A stretch of 64,000 bases of DNA from an uncultured Alphaproteobacteria bacterium (GTDB taxonomy: Bacteria > Pseudomonadota > Alphaproteobacteria > Bin95). The DNA is taken from positions 986-64,985 of the forward strand of contig CALLKY010000012.1 of assembly GCA_938083135.1 (NCBI GenBank). Direction: 5' to 3'. Below are positions 1 through 8,686 of the stretch, in pieces. The position numbers and the translations under genes were made by a program. The notes below the pieces were generated by a model. It did not search any database and was not told the origin of the DNA. It worked only from the letters and a program-made list of their open reading frames with translations. Position 1 is the first letter of the stretch. Each line of letters begins with the position of its first letter.

Positions 1-213
1 TGGCGTTATCCGGAAATCTTCTCCTCGGCATTTGATCAGCTGCATCTGGAAGGTGGGCAGATGATGGGCTTTGGCATCCATCCATGGATATTCGGCCAAG
101 CATTCCGCATTCGCTACCTGGACGAAGCGCTGGCCCGTGTCGGGGACAAACCCGGCGTGTGGCGTGCCACGTCTGACGAAATTGCAGAATGGTCGCTATC
201 CAATTGGCGCTGA
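1..213 (+). CDS. polysaccharide deacetylase-family protein, C-terminal fragment (5' end outside window)
   Basis: Frame 1 is open from base 1 to the TGA at 211-213. The translation ...GFGIHPWIFGQAFRIRYLDEALARV...GVWRATSDEIAEW resembles the C-terminal end of PuuE/polysaccharide-deacetylase-like proteins. It is absent from the ORF track because it has no start codon in the window. Confidence 0.5.
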   Translation, partial: WRYPEIFSSAFDQLHLEGGQMMGFGIHPWIFGQAFRIRYLDEALARVGDKPGVWRATSDEIAEWSLSNWR

Positions 214-234
214 CGGCAGTATAGGCTGGCGGCT

Positions 235-1887
235 ATGGCCCAGGTTTATGAGCATCCGATTTTTCCGTTCACGGCCCCACCTGAACTGCTCGAAGGGCGG
301 GTGGGAGCGGCCCCTGTATGTGTCGTTGGCGCTGGGCCGGTGGGGTTGGCCATCGCGATTGATTTGGCGGCGCGGGGCGTTCAGGTCGTGCTCGTGGATG
401 ATGATGAGACGGTCAGCCACGGATCCCGCCTGATTTGCATTTCCAAACGCACCCTTGAGATTTTTGATCGCCTGGGGGCTGGTGCCGGGTTTGCCGAAAA
501 AGGCGTTGTCTGGAACAAGGGGCGGCTCTTCTTCGGGGAAGATGAGGTCTACAGTTTTGATCTATTGAAGGAGGACGGACATCAATGGCCGGCCTTCGTC
601 AACATCCAGCAATATTACGCTGAAGATTTTCTGGTGCGCGCTGCGGAGCGCCTGCCGAACCTCAACATTCGCTGGAAAAGCGCGGTGGTCGGTGTTGAAC
701 CGTCATCAGATCATGTCCGGCTAACAGTGGAGACGCCGGAGGGGCGGTATGATCTGGATGCGGACTATGTCGTTGCATGCGACGGCGCATCCTCATTCGT
801 GCGCCGTACGCTTGGCCTTGAGTTTGAAGGCCGCGCCTTTCAGGACCGGTTCCTGATCACAGATGTGACGATGCAGGCGGAGTTTCCGTCCGAACGCTGG
901 TTTTGGTTTGAGCCGCCGTTCCATGAAGGCCAATCAGCGCTCCTGCATAAGCAGCCGGACAGCGTGTGGCGAATTGATTTGCAGTTGGACCAATCCGCCG
1001 ACCCTGAAGTCGAAGGCCGGGAAGAAAATGTCAGGCCGCGGATTGAGCGAATGCTGGGGGCCGATGCGGCATTCGAGATTGATTGGATCAGCCTTTATAC
1101 CTTCCGGTGTCGGCGCCTACAGCGGTTTACCGAAGGGCGGATATTCTTTGCGGGCGATAGTGCGCACCAAGTCTCCCCGTTCGGTGCACGGGGCGGTAAT
1201 GGCGGGGTGCAGGACGCAGATAACCTCGCTTGGAAGCTGGCGGCTGTATTGAACGGCGACGCGCCGGATGCATTGCTCGCAAGCTATGATGCTGAGCGCA
1301 TTCCGGCATCCGACGAGAATATCCTGAATTCCTCCCGCTCAACAGATTTCATGACACCGAAGAGCCAAGCGGTGCGTGATATTCGCGATGCCGTTCTAGC
1401 CCTTGCCCGCGACCATGGTTTCGCGCGGCGGATGGTGAATAGCGGGCGATTGTCAGTGCCGGCAGTGTTGGATGGCTCGCCACTGAACACGCCCGACGTC
1501 GGTGCTTTCAATGGCCCGATGCGCCCTGGTGCGGCAGCACTTGATGCGCCCGTGGTCACAGCAGATGGCACGGGCTGGCTTTTGCATCAGTTCAGCGGCG
1601 ATTTCACGGTGCTGATCTATCTTGGTGAGGCTAACGATGGGCCACCTGATGGTTGGCTGAGCACCTTGCCTGCAATGGTCAACACTCTGGTCATCGCACC
1701 GATCTCGGGGGCTGGTGCGCTTGGTGACGCTGAAGGGCAGTTGCGGGAGCGGTACGATCTGAAGCCTGGGACGGTTTATCTCATTCGACCGGACCAACAT
1801 GTAGCGGCCCGGACGCGGGTGTTTTCTAATGTGTGGCTTGAGGGCGCGCTGGCCCGGGCGCTTGGCAACGGGGGAGAGACAGCATGA
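235..1887 (+). CDS. FAD-dependent aromatic-ring monooxygenase (PheA/TfdB, MhpA-like hydroxylase family)
   Basis: 550-aa ORF. It has the dinucleotide fold VCVVGAGPVGLAIAIDLAARGVQVVLVDD, the DG motif VVACDGASSFVR, and the GD motif FFAGDSAHQVSPFGARGGNGGVQDADNLAWKL typical of group A flavin monooxygenases. Confidence 0.9.
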   Translation: MAQVYEHPIFPFTAPPELLEGRVGAAPVCVVGAGPVGLAIAIDLAARGVQVVLVDDDETVSHGSRLICISKRTLEIFDRLGAGAGFAEKGVVWNKGRLFFGEDEVYSFDLLKEDGHQWPAFVNIQQYYAEDFLVRAAERLPNLNIRWKSAVVGVEPSSDHVRLTVETPEGRYDLDADYVVACDGASSFVRRTLGLEFEGRAFQDRFLITDVTMQAEFPSERWFWFEPPFHEGQSALLHKQPDSVWRIDLQLDQSADPEVEGREENVRPRIERMLGADAAFEIDWISLYTFRCRRLQRFTEGRIFFAGDSAHQVSPFGARGGNGGVQDADNLAWKLAAVLNGDAPDALLASYDAERIPASDENILNSSRSTDFMTPKSQAVRDIRDAVLALARDHGFARRMVNSGRLSVPAVLDGSPLNTPDVGAFNGPMRPGAAALDAPVVTADGTGWLLHQFSGDFTVLIYLGEANDGPPDGWLSTLPAMVNTLVIAPISGAGALGDAEGQLRERYDLKPGTVYLIRPDQHVAARTRVFSNVWLEGALARALGNGGETA

Positions 1888-2099
1888 GCGCGCTTGTCAC
1901 CGATGATCAGATCGCAGCACCAGATGATCTGTATCAGGCGCTGGTGGATGCCCATGAAGGATTGGCGGATGCCGAAAGCCGCCAAATGAATGCACGGTTG
2001 ATCCTGTTGCTGGCCAACCATGTTGGTGATCTTGCTGTATTGCAGGAAGCGGCAGCAATGGTGCGGGCGTCGGTGCTGCGCGACCGCCCTGATGCTTGA
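1884..2099 (+). CDS. DUF2783-like small protein
   Basis: 71-aa ORF whose ATG overlaps the monooxygenase stop (ATGA at 1884-1887). From memory, small acidic proteins of this type accompany such monooxygenases. Confidence 0.6.
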   Translation: MSALVTDDQIAAPDDLYQALVDAHEGLADAESRQMNARLILLLANHVGDLAVLQEAAAMVRASVLRDRPDA

Positions 2100-3453
2100 G
2101 AGTGCGCAATCCACAGCGACAGGGGTAGCCAAACCAAAGGTCCTACTTGCGCCCATGAATATGGCTGCAATGCCGGTAACGATTGTGCGCGCACTTCGGG
2201 ATGTGGGGTTTGAGGCAGCGCACATCCAGTACACAACTGGCGGCGATAATCCGCTGAAATATGAGCTGGATAGGACCGCCGATTACGCAAAAGATGGCGG
2301 ACGGATCGGCGCGCAATTCAAGACGCTACAGGAGGCGTTGGCGGAAGAGTTTGATATCTACCATTTCTGGAACCGCAGCCTGACTTTCAGGTTAGATTAT
2401 GGCGGGTTCAGTGGCATTGATTTACCGCTTATCAAGGCGCGCGGAAAGCGTATTGCGCACCGCTTCACGGGCTATGACCTGCGGCTGCCGAGTCGTGATC
2501 TTGCGGTTAATCCACATAGTCCGTTTCGGTATGAGCAGAGGCCGCTATATGACGAAAAATTAGTCGCCGCATATCAGGAGTTTCTGGGCGAATATGTTGA
2601 CGCCTTCATGGTCCAAGATCCGGAGATGGCGCAGTTTCATCCCGACGCTGAGATCATCCCAAGGGCGCTGGACCTCACGAAATGGGGCTATATCGGTGTT
2701 GAGCGCAACGACCGCCCGCTGCTGGTGCATGCGCCGACGAATCCGGCGGCGAAGGGCACTCGGTTCATTCTGGCTGCAATTGAGGCGCTCCGCGATGAAG
2801 GGCTCGCGTTTGACTTCAAGCTATTACGTGGCTTGCCCCATGCTGAGGCGCAGCGGGTTTATGCGGAAGCCGACATCATCATCGATCAAATTCTGATCGG
2901 TGCCACAGGCGTGCTGACGCTGGAGGCCTGGGCGCTTGGTAAGCCAGTTGTTGTCAATCTGCGACCGGACCTATTTGAGCCATTCTACGACACCACAGAC
3001 CTGCCTGTAATTAATGCCAACCCGGATACGATCAAGGATCAACTCCGCCAGGCAATTAAGGATGTGGACCTGCGCCTGGACCTTGCGCCACGGGGGCGGG
3101 CGCTGGTTGAAGACAAGCACGATATAACCAAGGTCATTGGTCAGTATGTGGATTTCTATGAGCGCCTGTTCCGCCAACCGCCAAGCACGCCAACTGGTTT
3201 TGGCGACATCGCCTATATCAAGATGCAGGTAGAGCTTACAGAGCAGAATGAGCGCTTCTGGCCCCGGTGGCGTGCGCGCTACCGCCGGGTCATGGATCGC
3301 ACGCGGGATGCGCATGCTTTTGGCGCCAATGGTCGCCCTACAGGCAAGCTGGCCCAATCGGTTGCAGTGGGTCGTGCCATCGTTCGCTTATTTGCGCACG
3401 ATTATATTTCGTTCTGGCGGATGATTCTCAGGCGTCTGAAAATTCTGCAATAG
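2092..3453 (+). CDS. GT-B fold glycosyltransferase-like protein (start uncertain: 2092 or 2155)
   Basis: The C-terminal half reads LLVHAPTNPAAKGTRFILAAIEAL...AEADIIIDQILIGATGVLTLEAWALGKPVVVNL, which resembles the donor-binding half of GT1/GT4 enzymes. The 5' part of the tracked ORF (2020-2091) overlaps the DUF2783 gene and is probably not translated. Confidence 0.5.
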   Translation: MLESAQSTATGVAKPKVLLAPMNMAAMPVTIVRALRDVGFEAAHIQYTTGGDNPLKYELDRTADYAKDGGRIGAQFKTLQEALAEEFDIYHFWNRSLTFRLDYGGFSGIDLPLIKARGKRIAHRFTGYDLRLPSRDLAVNPHSPFRYEQRPLYDEKLVAAYQEFLGEYVDAFMVQDPEMAQFHPDAEIIPRALDLTKWGYIGVERNDRPLLVHAPTNPAAKGTRFILAAIEALRDEGLAFDFKLLRGLPHAEAQRVYAEADIIIDQILIGATGVLTLEAWALGKPVVVNLRPDLFEPFYDTTDLPVINANPDTIKDQLRQAIKDVDLRLDLAPRGRALVEDKHDITKVIGQYVDFYERLFRQPPSTPTGFGDIAYIKMQVELTEQNERFWPRWRARYRRVMDRTRDAHAFGANGRPTGKLAQSVAVGRAIVRLFAHDYISFWRMILRRLKILQ

Positions 3454-3456
3454 AGG

Positions 3457-3990
3457 TCAGCGCCGGGGCATTTGGATGCCTTCTGCTTGGATACGGGCGA
3501 AGGCGCGCTGACCGGCATCCTGGCCAAGGCGCTGGCCGATTGTTTGGCCGATTTTTGAGGCTTCCAGCATCAGCGGGCTAAGCTCTCGAATCGCCTTTTG
3601 GCCAACGGGTGTTTCATAGAAGGCCGCAATTTCTTGCATTTCCGCTTTCGTGAACCGCTGCGCATAGAGCACGACGACGGCGTCGACGATTTCATCAATC
3701 GCTTGCGGTGCGACGCTTTGCATTTCTTCAACAATAATATCGATAGCGCGATCGGGCATGCGGTTGGGGCCATTTTCCAGCATCTGCACCAACTCGGACA
3801 TTTGTGTTTTCATAAGCTTCAGGCTGGTCTCAGCAATCCGCATGGCTTTCAGCAGGCGACGCGTAATCGCCTCTACTTCTGGATCAATGGCGGCGATTGC
3901 AGTTGGGGCGGGCGCTGGCGCCTGGGCATGGGCAGGCAGACTCATGAATGGCAGTAGGAGCATCAGAGCGACAGTCAGGGCAGCACGCAT
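3457..3990 (-). CDS. DUF2059-like periplasmic protein
   Basis: It has the signal peptide MRAALTVALMLLLPFMSLPAHA and a helical body with ...EMQEIAAFYETPVGQKAI..., as in DUF2059 proteins. Confidence 0.6.
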   Translation of the reverse strand: MRAALTVALMLLLPFMSLPAHAQAPAPAPTAIAAIDPEVEAITRRLLKAMRIAETSLKLMKTQMSELVQMLENGPNRMPDRAIDIIVEEMQSVAPQAIDEIVDAVVVLYAQRFTKAEMQEIAAFYETPVGQKAIRELSPLMLEASKIGQTIGQRLGQDAGQRAFARIQAEGIQMPRR

Positions 3991-4445
3991 TAGGCGTCTC
4001 CGGCGCGGAGCAGGGGCTCTAGCGCGCTTCTAAGATGGGCTGGAAGATCCGTTGGTCGCATGGTGTCACGGTCAACAAACACATGCACGAAAAACCCGAG
4101 TGCAGCGGGCTCCCCGTCGCCAGCCGCGAACATGCCAACTTCGTAGCGCACGCTTGACCGGCCAAGCTTCGTCACCCGCACGCCACAATCGATGATCGCC
4201 GGGAATGCCAATGGTTTGAAATATTTGCAACCGCTTTCAACAACCAGGCCAATGGCCGTCGCCGCGTCCTTGTCATGCCCGCCATGGCTGACGAGATATT
4301 CGGTCACGGCCGTGTCGATATAACTATAGAACTCAGCGTTATTGACATGGCCGTAAGCATCCATATCCGCCCAGCGGGACTGGATGTTCAAGAAATAACC
4401 GAAACTATCCCGGGTCTCTGTCATCATAGAAAGCGTCCTTTGCAT
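3990..4445 (-). CDS. acyl-CoA thioesterase, hotdog fold (YbgC/4HBT family)
   Basis: The motif RWADMDAYGHVNNAEFYSYIDTAVTEYL is typical of 4HBT thioesterases. The start is taken at an internal Met (4445, or alternatively 4427), because the tracked 5' extension runs into a terminator hairpin. Confidence 0.8.
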   Translation of the reverse strand: MQRTLSMMTETRDSFGYFLNIQSRWADMDAYGHVNNAEFYSYIDTAVTEYLVSHGGHDKDAATAIGLVVESGCKYFKPLAFPAIIDCGVRVTKLGRSSVRYEVGMFAAGDGEPAALGFFVHVFVDRDTMRPTDLPAHLRSALEPLLRAGDA

Positions 4446-4530
4446 TTTAGGCAGTGCTTGTAGCAGAGGACCGAGTTGAAATCGAAGCATGTCTGGGTGA
4501 CGGTTGAAGCCGGATCGAAAGGCGGGCGCA

Positions 4531-4560
4531 TAAAACAAGGGCCGCCTCGAAAGGCGGCCC
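4531..4560 (-). terminator. rho-independent terminator-like hairpin
   Basis: The stem GGGCCGCC (4539-4546) pairs with GGCGGCCC (4553-4560) around a 6-nt loop. On the minus strand it is followed by TTGTTTTA. Confidence 0.55.
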
Positions 4561-4716
4561 AGGTCAACAGGGAGGCATCAAAGAAGCATCAGGTGGGATG
4601 AGCACCCGATAAGACTCAATTTAGGCGATAATAGTTAACAAAAAGTAAATACTTTTACGCTATTTCGCCATATTTTGGTGTTCGCAAAGTTAGGCCTAGA
4701 ATGCGGGAAGGGGCTT

Positions 4717-4902
4717 CTAAGATTTGAACAAGGACTCAGCGGCAGACCGGTCACCACGCTTACGATTACATTCCGCTTCAACACGCTTTATCTCAGCTTG
4801 TAGGCGCAGAATGAGGTCTTCTAAGTCACCAACTGACCACACATCTAGATTCTGTCCAATGATGTCTTCTGATTTCGGTTGAACTTCATCTTCATCGAAC
4901 AT
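4717..4902 (-). CDS. DUF1192 family small protein
   Basis: 61 aa with the coiled-coil signature SVGDLEDLILRLQAEIKRVEAE characteristic of alphaproteobacterial DUF1192 proteins. Confidence 0.75.
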   Translation of the reverse strand: MFDEDEVQPKSEDIIGQNLDVWSVGDLEDLILRLQAEIKRVEAECNRKRGDRSAAESLFKS

Positions 4903-4980
4903 GGCAGGCTCGCTTTAAACAGGGGCAGAGCTGGATATTAGCGTCTTATTCACTATTGTCGAAGGGTGTAGGCGCAATCC

Positions 4981-5724
4981 TCAGCCGAACAGGGCCAGCA
5001 GTCCGACTGCAACGAGCAATGCCATTGCAACGCGGCGGTAGAACAATGGCGAAGCTAGGTGAAATACGCTGCGGCCAAGCAGGATGCCGATCACATAGGC
5101 GGGTGCCAGCATCAGCGCGGTCCCCCAAGCGGACCATCCGGCGACGCCGCCCACAAACTCTTCTGCCAGCGCCAGCACAATAAGTTGGCTCAAGACCACG
5201 ACGGAAATATAGATTGCGATGGAAGCGCGCGTTCTCGCCGCCGCTTCCCCACGCGCTAAGAAATGCAGAATGACAGGTGGGCCGATCAGGCTGGTCGCAC
5301 CGCCAAGCACCCCCGCACCGGCACCAATCAACGCTGCCGCCTTCTCACCACCCCGCCAGCCCCATCCAAGCGCCAGTGCTAGAACAAATACCAAAACCCC
5401 CGCCCCTGCGAGTTGTCGTAGCAGTTGGGGGTCTGATGTTTGCAGAATGTATGTGCCCAGCGGCAATAGGAGCGCAGCAGCGCTAGCAGCGATCAACGCC
5501 CGCCGCCGGTCTGCGATCGCCCAAACGCCTTTCAGCATCGCCGGGATCGCGACACTGTCGATTACAGCAACCGAGACAACGGCTGCAGGAAGCCCATAGA
5601 GCAGCGAGAGCGGCGCCATCATAACAAGACCAGCGCCGAACCCGGCAAACCCCCTAACAGCGCCCGCCAAGGCGACAGCCATAGCGGCAAGCCAGAAGTC
5701 AGGGGGAAGGGAGGGACCGATCAA
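4981..5724 (-). CDS. TauE/SafE family sulfite/anion exporter-like membrane protein
   Basis: 247-aa polytopic membrane protein, Gly/Ala-rich, with the two-halves architecture of TauE/SafE. The TTG start at 5724 overlaps the upstream stop (TTGA). An alternative ATG lies at 5682. Confidence 0.75.
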   Translation of the reverse strand: MIGPSLPPDFWLAAMAVALAGAVRGFAGFGAGLVMMAPLSLLYGLPAAVVSVAVIDSVAIPAMLKGVWAIADRRRALIAASAAALLLPLGTYILQTSDPQLLRQLAGAGVLVFVLALALGWGWRGGEKAAALIGAGAGVLGGATSLIGPPVILHFLARGEAAARTRASIAIYISVVVLSQLIVLALAEEFVGGVAGWSAWGTALMLAPAYVIGILLGRSVFHLASPLFYRRVAMALLVAVGLLALFG

Positions 5725-7259
5725 CCGAGGCCCAGTTTCTCTGCCAAGCCAATCCGCTGGAGCTTGCCGGTCGCACCCTTAGGGATTTCATCGAGGAACA
5801 GCACTTTGCGCGGGGCCTTGAAATCTGCGAGGCGGCTGGCAACAAAGTCACGGATTTCCCGCTCTTCCGCCGTCTGGCCTTCTTTAAGCACCACAGCGCA
5901 AGCGACGTCTTCGCCCAAGGACTTGTGTGGCATAGCGAACGTGACGACCTGCGCAATCGCTGGATGGTCCATGATCACGTCATCGACCTCGCGCGGGCTG
6001 ATTTTCTCACCACCACGATTGATGATTTCCTTCAGGCGGCCTGTCAGGCTGAGATAGCCTTCTGCGTCCAGCATGCCCTGGTCGCCTGTGCGGAACCAAC
6101 CGTTAGTGAAAGCGGTCGCGTTGGCGTCCGGATTATTCTCATAGCCCTTCGTCACATTAGGGCCGCGGATGACGATTTCGCCAATCGCACCCTGTGCCAG
6201 CAACTCGCCAGCTTCATCCATGATCGCAACCTCAGGCCCGGCGGCGATGCCAACGGCACCCGGCTTTCGCGGGCGCGGTGGTAGCGGATTGGACGCCATC
6301 TGATGCGCAGCTTCCGTCATGCCATAGCTTTCAATGACGGGGCAGCCGAACGTTTCTTCTAGCGCGAGCATCACCTGGGGCGGCAAGCTGGAGGAGGATG
6401 AGCGAATGAAGCGGAGGCCCGCATTCTTCACGATTTCCTCATTCCGCGCAGCCCGGCCCAGAATGGCCTGATGCATGGTTGGTACGGCGGTGTACCAGGT
6501 TGGCTTGCTTTCCTCTATCCACGCAAATGCCCGAAGCGCGTTGAACCCTGGCGCACACCATACGGACCCGCCGGCAGCAACAGAGGACAACACAGAAGCG
6601 ATCAGGCCGTGAATATGGAAGAGTGGCATAATGTTCAGGCAGCGATCTTCCGGCGTCAGTGCCAGTGTCGCGCCGATATTGCGGGCGGATGCCGTCACAT
6701 TCTCATGGGAAAGCGGCACAATCTTTGGCCGTGATGTCGTGCCAGATGTATGCAGCACAAGTGCGATATCAGCCGGTGCCGCAAATCCGCCGGATGCAGG
6801 GGATGCGAATTCCGTGGCGCTTTCGGCCAATAGGCTGAAGCTGCCAACTGGGCCATTTTCATCTGGCACGAGGCGGAGGATTGGCACATTGGCGGCTTGG
6901 GCTGCCTCAATAGCTGGCGTTTCATCACCGGCCTGCACGATCAGCGCTTTGGCCGAAAGGTCAGCTAGGTAGAAATCAAATTCTTCCCGGCCATAGGCTG
7001 GATTGAGCGGTGCCGTTGTTGCAGAGCAAGCGACGGTGAGAAAGCTTGCTGCCATTTCCGGGCTGTTCGGCAGGACGATAGCGACGCGGTCATTGCGGCC
7101 AACGCCGAAGCCGTTCAACGCCTGTTGCACCGATTGGATCAGCGCTTTCAAATCGCCATAGGTCATAGGTGCACGACCACCCGCTTCGCTTGCGGGCATG
7201 CCGATTGCGAGTTGGTCGTCAGCGTGTGCTTCAATCAGATCATAAATGACGGACGTCAT
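5721..7259 (-). CDS. AMP-dependent acyl-CoA ligase, AAE3/Pcs60 (oxalate-CoA ligase)-like
   Basis: It has the AMP-binding motif LHTSGTTSRPKIV, then YGMTE, then WFRTGDQG...INRGGEKISPREVD...PKGATGKLQR. Overall it resembles plant and yeast oxalyl-CoA synthetases. The start is taken at the ATG at 7259 (MTSVIYDL). Confidence 0.85.
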   Translation of the reverse strand: MTSVIYDLIEAHADDQLAIGMPASEAGGRAPMTYGDLKALIQSVQQALNGFGVGRNDRVAIVLPNSPEMAASFLTVACSATTAPLNPAYGREEFDFYLADLSAKALIVQAGDETPAIEAAQAANVPILRLVPDENGPVGSFSLLAESATEFASPASGGFAAPADIALVLHTSGTTSRPKIVPLSHENVTASARNIGATLALTPEDRCLNIMPLFHIHGLIASVLSSVAAGGSVWCAPGFNALRAFAWIEESKPTWYTAVPTMHQAILGRAARNEEIVKNAGLRFIRSSSSSLPPQVMLALEETFGCPVIESYGMTEAAHQMASNPLPPRPRKPGAVGIAAGPEVAIMDEAGELLAQGAIGEIVIRGPNVTKGYENNPDANATAFTNGWFRTGDQGMLDAEGYLSLTGRLKEIINRGGEKISPREVDDVIMDHPAIAQVVTFAMPHKSLGEDVACAVVLKEGQTAEEREIRDFVASRLADFKAPRKVLFLDEIPKGATGKLQRIGLAEKLGLG

Positions 7260-7271
7260 TAGCGTTTCCCC

Positions 7272-7308
7272 AAAAAAAGAGCGGGCCGCGAACGATGTCG
7301 CGGCCCGC
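7272..7308 (-). terminator. rho-independent terminator after sqdB
   Basis: A perfect 10-bp stem (GCGGGCCGCG at 7281-7290 with CGCGGCCCGC at 7299-7308) encloses an 8-nt loop. On the minus strand it is followed by a T7 run (A7 at 7272-7278 on the plus strand). Confidence 0.8.
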
Positions 7309-7332
7309 CACAAACATACTTCAGATCGGAGT

Positions 7333-8484
7333 TTACTTGTTCCACACAACGCGCGGCAACACGCGGGCGGGGACAATCTGATCTTTGTTCGCGATGATCT
7401 TGTTGAGCATTTCCACCAGCACATCATTGGTGAGGTAGTTTGGCTTCAAGCCAAGCTCCAGCAGGCCAGAGTGTTTTGGATTGTAGTAGTGCTCCTCCAG
7501 CTCCTTGCGTGGATTGGGAATGGATTTGACCTCTACGTCTAGTCCAACACTTGATCCAGCGACGCGAACCAGCTCAGCCAATTCATTGACGCTGAAGGTT
7601 TCGGTGAACTGGTTCATGATCCGCAATTCGCCCTTGCCTGGCGCATTGTTGGCAGCCAGCTCAACACATTGCAGCGTGTCTTTCAGGTTCAAGTAGCCGC
7701 GCGTCTGGCCGCCCTTGCCATAAACCGTCAACGGGATGCCCGCGACAGCCTGCACCAGGAAGCGGTTCACAACGGTGCCGAAGATGTCGTCATAGTGGAA
7801 GTTCGGCAGCAACGCGTCGTCCAGGTCGGCTTCATCCGTCGAGAGACCGTAGACCGGACCCTGCATCAGGTCTGTGACTTCAAGGCCATGGGTGCGGACG
7901 TAGAACCAGATGAGGTCCGTGTCGAGCACTTTGGTCGTGTGATAGAGCGAGCCAGCCTGGCGCGGATACAGGAACTTCTGGTCCCGGCCATTATGGGTGA
8001 TGTCGAGATAGCCTTCCTCGATATCAATGTTTGGCGTGCCGTATTCGCCCATGGTGCCAAGTTTGACGATATGGCAGTTCGGCGCTTGCTCTTTTACAGC
8101 CCAGATGCAGTTGAAGGTCACGTCCAGGTTATTCTTAAGCGTGAGCCGCGCTTCCTCAAAGCCCTTCATGGAATAGGGGGCGGAGGGCTGCTCAGCGTAG
8201 TGGATGCAGGTATCAGGCTGGAAATCCCGGAACAGGCTTTCCATGAAGCGATAGTCGGCCAGATCACCAATCTTCACGTCGATCTTTTTGCCGGTAATGG
8301 CTTCGAAGGCGGCTGCGCGATCTACCAGATTGGGCGCTTCGACCAGCGCTTCGGAACTGGTTTCGCGGGCGATATTCCGACGAAGGTAGTTATCAACCGC
8401 CAGAACCTCCCAGCCGCGTGCTGCAAAGTGCATTGCCGTTGGCCAGCCAAGATAACCGTCGCCGCCTAAAATGATGATACGCAT
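7333..8484 (-). CDS. sqdB: UDP-sulfoquinovose synthase
   Basis: 383 aa. The segments MRIIILGGDGYLGWPTAMHF, YAEQPSAPYSM, GTMGEYGTPNIDIEEGY, SLYHTTKV and NQFTE...PNPRKELEEHYYNP closely follow SQD1/SqdB. Confidence 0.9.
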   Translation of the reverse strand: MRIIILGGDGYLGWPTAMHFAARGWEVLAVDNYLRRNIARETSSEALVEAPNLVDRAAAFEAITGKKIDVKIGDLADYRFMESLFRDFQPDTCIHYAEQPSAPYSMKGFEEARLTLKNNLDVTFNCIWAVKEQAPNCHIVKLGTMGEYGTPNIDIEEGYLDITHNGRDQKFLYPRQAGSLYHTTKVLDTDLIWFYVRTHGLEVTDLMQGPVYGLSTDEADLDDALLPNFHYDDIFGTVVNRFLVQAVAGIPLTVYGKGGQTRGYLNLKDTLQCVELAANNAPGKGELRIMNQFTETFSVNELAELVRVAGSSVGLDVEVKSIPNPRKELEEHYYNPKHSGLLELGLKPNYLTNDVLVEMLNKIIANKDQIVPARVLPRVVWNK

Positions 8485-8586
8485 GCTCTACTCCGATAGA
8501 AGTGGCTCGGGAAATTTGAACAACGGGGATAAGTGGATTTTCAGCTGCGCCCGCGCGCTGAGGCGCTGGGTTTATTCAAGCGCGAG

Positions 8587-8604
8587 TGTTACACGGGTGT
8601 TACG
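8587..8604. promoter_or_regulatory. 7-bp direct repeat GTGTTAC-N4-GTGTTAC upstream of sqdB (candidate response-regulator site)
   Basis: The exact repeat occurs at 8587-8593 and 8598-8604 with an 11-bp period. It lies about 100-120 nt upstream of the sqdB ATG, inside the 200-nt intergenic gap. Confidence 0.3.
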
Positions 8605-8686
8605 ATGCTCGCAATGTCAGCGATCACAAGTTTGGCTGAATTTCTTTAAATGCGCCATTGCAGGAGACGAATTCTGTAATTTGGTT

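Noticed and set aside
7260-7427. 5' extensions of tracked ORFs. Examples are the acyl-CoA ligase to 7427, thioesterase to 4538, csaA to 23300, mtnA to 41136, soxA from 55792, soxG from 58742, kpsD from 13442 and kpsM from 10831.
   Set aside because: The extensions overlap upstream genes or terminator hairpins and lack homology-like sequence. Internal ATG/GTG starts with an RBS or with stop-start overlaps give proteins beginning at the conserved N-termini.
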